Shown one piece after another: positions 58,395 through 64,000 of a stretch of DNA of 64,000 nt. Origin of the DNA: Spizellomyces punctatus DAOM BR117 (lineage: Eukaryota); the NCBI GenBank assembly GCA_000182565.2, contig KQ257450.1; one strand, written 5' to 3'. Made by a program: the position numbers and the translations under genes. Each line of letters starts with the position of its first letter. Position 1 is the stretch's first letter. The notes beneath the pieces are model-generated. The model saw nothing but the letters and a program-made list of their open reading frames with translations, was not told where the DNA came from and ran no database searches.

Positions 58395-60771
58395 TTATTT
58401 GCGGAAGCATCTATCTGCAATGACTATTACATCCTTCATCTCCTTCACATCATGTACCCTTAAAACGTTTGCGCCGCCAGCAACAGCAGCCGAACAAGCA
58501 GCGGCCGTGCCCCACACACGGTTCTTCGGGTCGTCCGCCTTTAAGGCGTGTCCAAGGAAACCTTTTCGAGAGGGCCCGACAAGGGTTGGGAAACCTGCAA
58601 GTTCTGATTTTGGTTTCACCATATCCCTAAGCCCCCGTAAAATATCGAAGTTTTGGTCAGCATTCTTTGCAAATCCTATTCCAGGATCCACAATGATGTT
58701 CCATCGCCGAACTCCTTTCGCAACTGCTTTGGACACGGTGGTACCCAAGACGCGACGAATCTCTTGTATTACGTCGTCATTTTCGTAGTTTGTGAGCTTT
58801 GTCATTGTTTTGGGTGTTCCCCGCATATGCATTAGGCAAACAGGTGCTTTGGAGTTCGCCATGGTAGTGAGCATGGCTGGGTCAGATGAGGCGCCAGTCA
58901 CATCGTTAATCAGATCTGCCCCGGCTTCAACCGCAGCTTTGGCGACAGAGGCTCGGTACGTGTCCACAGATATGGGAATAGTCTGGTTACGTTTTCTAAT
59001 TGCCTCTATAACGGGAATTACCCTCTTCAGTTCCTCCTCTTCCGTAATTTCGTCGGCGTTCGGGCGGGTCGACATGCCTCCTATATCAATTATATCCGCG
59101 CCGTCGTTAACCATGGTGAGAGCGTACTCTGTTGCAGCATCAATCGAGAAATGTTCTCCCCCATCACTGAAACTGTCTGGTGTGACATTGAGGATGCCCA
59201 TTATGTAAGTTCGTTTTGACCAGTTCCAAATTTGTCCGGAACCGAGAGGGATAACTTTGTGGATGTGATGATCGGCAGCTTGCTCTGAGTGGCCAAGGAG
59301 CGCAAGTAGCTGAGACGCTGTACGGAAAAGGCCAGGGATCTCCATGTCCGGCGCAATGCTAGGATGAAGGCAAAGTGTTTGCATCAATAACCTTACGAGT
59401 CATTGAAGAAGGATATACGGGTACTTACTCGCACAGCGGTCGCAACACAAACTCGCGTTCCTTAATCCGAGGATGGGGAATCGTGAGTGTTTCATTGCTC
59501 ATTTCCAGGTAATCGTAGCAGAGAATATCGAGATCTATGGGACGAGGACCAAAACGTTGCCCATCAAAATCGCGACCCATTTCACTTTCGATGCCCTTGA
59601 GGAATCCTAGTAGTGCCTCTGGTTCCAAGCTTGTTCGTACCTATGATGTTCCCCATGTGTCAACCCTAGACCGACTTCTTGCGATGTCATATAACCTTAC
59701 CTTGACTGCCGCATTCAAGAAGTTTGGCTGGTCTGCTACATACATGGGAGTGGTTTCATACAAAAAGGAAGTATCCACGATTTGGATTGCTGGTGAACCC
59801 TCCAGTCTGCACAGCGCCCCTTCAATGTTTTGGGCACGGTTGCCGAGATTTGATCCAATAGCCAGCAGTACTGTGTGAGATAGACGGCTGTCCTGATGAA
59901 CATCAAGCCCTCTTGTGCCTCTGCTGGTTGGGCCACCAGAGGTGGGTGATACTTCTTGCGAGCCGCTGGAGGGCTCTTTCAAACCAAAAAACGCCCGATC
60001 TCTGGTTATTTCAACTCCAGCCGCCGCGGCAAACACAATCGCGCTCGGCTTCTCGACTCGAATGGTGACTTTGGGTACATGACACTGTTCGATCATCAGT
60101 TTTGCGACGGATGTCGCCAGTGCTTCAACTGTTTTATAATCCGTTTGTTCTACATACTGACTAACAGTCCGTGTTATTGTCCTGTAATTGTGTACCTTGG
60201 GTACATGATCTTCAATGAGGAGAAGAGGATTGAATTGGAGATGTATGACAAGGGTCAGGATAACTCGCTGGCGTTCTTCGCGCTCCCAAGGATTGACCCC
60301 GATGATGGTATTTAGCGTCAGATCTTGGATAAAAATCTGATCCTCGCCAGCAATGTCCTCTGCCGAGAGCGATTGCCTCCTCGCACCAGATGCTTTCAAT
60401 GACTCCATCAGTTCGATATCCCGCCTCGACCGAGTTATTTCCACTCCTGCACACGCGGCGTGAAGGAGGGCACGCGGTTTCTCCACTCGAACTGTTACGC
60501 ACTCTGCACCGCATTCTTGCACACAAATCCGGGCAATGCCACTGGCGAGAGCTTCGACAGACCGGTAGGATGTTTTTTCTGAGAACGCTTGGACAGCCTT
60601 TGCAACTGTCCCATAGCTAATAGTATGCGAGAGAAGATCACTTTCACCGGATGAATTAATGTCCTGGTGCACCGTAAGGTCTATATTCAATGGCTGGCGC
60701 TTCGAACGTTCCCATGAGTCTACGCCTATGATATTCCGAACGTTGAGCTTGCGCACTATGATCTTGTCCAT
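58395..60771 (-). CDS. FOL1: Trifunctional folate synthesis protein (DHNA-DHNA-HPPK-DHPS)
   Basis: Two FolB repeats (IIGVDSWER / IIGVNPWER, RVEKP), HPPK (LAIGSNLG, GPRPIDLDIL, IPHPRIKEREFVLRPL) and DHPS (MGILNVTPDSFSDGG, DPGIGF, GPSRKGF, RVHDV). Confidence 0.98.
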
Positions 60772-60825
60772 GTCAGTGTTGGAAAACCAATGCCCAGTGT
60801 TTGGGGTTCGCGTCTAGGGCAGGTT

Positions 60826-60839
60826 GTACCCATAGCAAC
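60826..60839. promoter_or_regulatory. X-box-like element GTACCCATAGCAAC
   Basis: Fits the RTHNYYWTRRNRAC consensus; 55 bp upstream of the FOL1 ATG. Confidence 0.4.
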
Positions 60840-61113
60840 AGCGATTCTGGAGATCCACACTAGCTCGGCGTGTAGTTTAACGCTATGATAGCGTTCATGT
60901 CCAACCAGTTGCGTCCAAGTGAAATAGCAACTGGTAGAACTATTTGCTGACACTGCATCATCAGTACCGAGACATTTGCCGAACTACATAGATCGTAGTG
61001 TCAAGCGCACCAAAATTGACGGCCATCAAGTAACCAGTTCCTATGATAATGTACAAACTTCCTATTGAAAGCCCCTCAACACCATTGAAAGTACATGGAA
61101 TCATTTCTTGATC

Positions 61114-64000
61114 TCACAATGCGTATCGCTCCGCTAACCTTTGCTTCACAAAGACGGGGAAGTCTTTGACAATTTGATTCCACGATTCCCCCCATCCGTT
61201 CTTGAACCCATGCAGAATCTAATGGAAAGGAGGTCATCACAAAGGTCGAACTACAAAAGAACTGGTGTAAGTATCCATACCTTCTCAAATGTCTTATTCA
61301 GCTCAGGTGACACTCTGTTCCATTGAGCAACAGCATCGCCTGTATGACGGTACAAAACATTAGCCCCTTATCTTAACGTCTGCAATTTCGAGATAGTACT
61401 CACAGAAGTAGGCGAACTTGTCCATGACACCGTTCGGATTCAGTTCAATCATCCGACACATGCCTTGGAACGCGCTCTCCTTCTCCAAATTATCTCGAAT
61501 AAGACGGAGGTTTTCGCACCTATGAACAAGGTATGATATGTCAGGAAAAGAGTGGCACGCTCTCTTCCCTCTTGAACCCACCAGGGTTGAATAAAGGTCT
61601 GAAGATGTGGCGCCACCAGATCTGGGCAGACATAGCCCAAGCGGCCTATCGTAATGGCAGCATTCTCCAGAATAGCTTTTGGTGTTTGTGGATTAGTTAG
61701 AAGAGGAATCAAGCGCTCCAATAGCGGGTGCACCCAAGGTTGCATTTCTCTGTCTGTAAGTTGAATTGTTTAGCTCCGTAAGCATTATTTAGTCCAACCA
61801 CGTGCTCCAAGACGTATCATTGCGTACCGTATTTCAGAGAAATCTCCCCAACCGCCCAAACCGCGTTATTCACTACCGACACGCGAGTTTGATCAATGGG
61901 TGGGCTCAACTGGCCTATCAGCTCTGGTAGGTACTGGTTGAGATATGGCTTCAGATGGGCAAAGGCGGATATTGCCAAATCTCCCAGTAAAGCGTATGCG
62001 CTCTGACGCACTTCGGGACTGGGATCCTGAAATAGCCAAAGATGAGTGTGTCGACGCGTCCTCACCTGTTGAGCCATATTACATACCTTCATGCAGATGG
62101 GCAGTAAAGACAGCACAGGTGGTTGCAATTGCGGTACAAGCGGCTCAACTAGCGTGTTCATTCCCTGAGCCACTCCGCTCAGCAGATCCAATGAGACTAC
62201 AATGAAGTCCTTATCTGGTGCTTCAATTGCATCAGGGTGTTGAGCGTGACTCTGTCCACAGAAAACGGTTTCGTCAAAACCCAGCCAATGGACGGCAATA
62301 ACTTAAGAGTGATCAGCACCTGAAGTAGCTGAAGAGTGGCTTGAATGATTCGCAAGCATCGCTGCCACACCTCGGTTGCAAATGGCGCGAACTTGCCCCC
62401 GAGCGCGGTGGCAACGGAAGACATACATTCAAAGAGGGGGAATATTCCTCGATCCATGTCATCAATCAATTGCCACTTGCGAACAAGAGGTTGCATGAGA
62501 ACGTTGATGTATCGATCCTCGCTCAACGCTGATCCGACTGAGTCTGCTAGGGTTCCCACTGCATCGTACAAGATGAGCAGATTCTTGTGCTGGTTGATCG
62601 TCGAGTACAGTAAATTGTTTCAGTCCATTGGCGCACTTGGTTTTGATGGTGACCTACACCTACCTGGTATTTTTGGAATGCCAAAGCTAGTGTCGAAAGG
62701 ACCGGCTCTAGATATGGAATCAACTCCATCATGGCCTCTTCCTCCACGGTGGCTAGCGCACTATTCATAAGATTAATTAATTACCAAGTCTAACAAAGAT
62801 GAGCTCACCCCCGTGCACACCTGCACGCGGCTTCCTGTACACGCTTGTTATTATCCAGCACCGTTTGAAGAAGCTGTGCAATTCATTAGCAAATTCATTA
62901 CTTGCGGAATACATATACATGCCAGTCATACCGTTAGAACCAATGGCCGAAAGTAGTTTTCCCTGTGCAGCTGCAACTGCGCTTCCGTGCCGCAATACTG
63001 ACGAGCCCACACTGCTGGAGGATGTACTGTCCAACCTGCGTAACGACCCAAAGTCCAGCATGTGATTGCACGCACGAGTGGCTGGATGGAAAGCACGTCC
63101 CTGATTAAGACCATGTAATTCAAGCATCAAGTCATTCTGGATGCATACTAACCTGTGCGTCCGACAAGCAAATGATCATATGCGGAACCAACTGTGGCAA
63201 GTGTTGCATCATACCCGGAAGACATCCTATACCGTAACCGTCATACGAAAGCTCGCGTTCACAAATTGTTTGCATAGCAGACGCACCTTCAGCAATCGCG
63301 CCCAGCGCCAAAATGCCACACTCCCGATGCTCCCAATCGGGGTGAAACAATTCTTCTTTCAATCGGGGCAGTAAGTGGACAAGAAGATCGTTCTCAAACA
63401 CTGTGGCCATAACATCCATAGCTGCAGCGGAGCATTTTCGGAGATTCCATTCGGTATACACGTCGTCCTCATCATCAAAGTCGCTTTCATCCTCATCGTC
63501 CGAGTCCTCATTCCCAGCCGATTGAGCTTGCCCTGCACCAGGAGTTCCCTCATGATCCAACGCGTGGGTCCGAGCTTTGTGATGGCGCGGTTTTATGTCC
63601 TGCGCACTATCAGGGACAGCAGCATCTTCGCCCTCATCTGCAAGTATAGCGATATCTTCCTCTGAATATACCATGCCCTTCAACAGCACAGGAACAATTC
63701 TGGGGGTAAACGCAACGCGGGTCAACCGATCGTCCACGAAATTAGTATCATGATGACATTATGTACCTTGGCAAGAAGGGTTCTAGATGATCCTTCATCC
63801 GATCCTGCTCTGCAAAGGAAAGCCAGAACTCGCACGCTTCTAATGCCACTTCGTCGTCTTCCCCTTGTGTACAATATAACATAAAGTTCACCACGTCCTC
63901 TAGCTGGGGGACGAGCGCTTCGGGGTATACTTCAAGTATCATCACGAGTGCCTGACATACATGTTTACGGACGGTGGGGTGGGGGTCGCTTGCACGGGCA
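61114..64000 (-). CDS. TNPO1: Transportin-1 / importin beta-2 (Kap104), 5' part outside the window
   Basis: [18 protein letters not shown], acidic H8 loop then [59 protein letters not shown]. Confidence 0.96.

Overview
Gene-dense, intron-rich eukaryotic DNA, most consistent with a zoosporic (chytrid-like) fungus. It combines fungal-type genes (trifunctional FOL1, HR1-bearing RICTOR, YFH7-like kinase) with flagellar genes (IFT172, SPEF2), and introns are short (~50-80 nt). About 16 host genes can be reconstructed by hand: SMS/IPCS-like lipid synthase, isochorismatase, ATP synthase d, an unknown membrane protein, HAPSTR1-like, a D/E-like cyclin, IFT172, NUF2, an acidic PH-domain protein, SPEF2, a PCTAIRE CDK5/PHO85-like kinase, YFH7-like, FAH, UFD2, RICTOR and FOL1, plus a partial transportin-1. 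The one accessory region is a ~10.5 kb gene-free island (~23.5-34.0 kb). It holds two nested Ty1/copia copies with TG...TA LTRs, a half-tRNA-iMet primer site and a shared in-frame TAA just after the integrase core. Older same-family fragments lie on the opposite strand, a diverged ~280 bp inverted repeat brackets the cluster, and both flanks lack CpG for 1.5-1.8 kb. I cannot prove a new system from sequence alone. The best candidates are this island (methylated, possibly centromere-like), the stop-split copia lineage, and two head-to-head pairs of a flagellar gene with a cyclin or CDK gene. Exon boundaries and similarity levels were judged by eye and are approximate.
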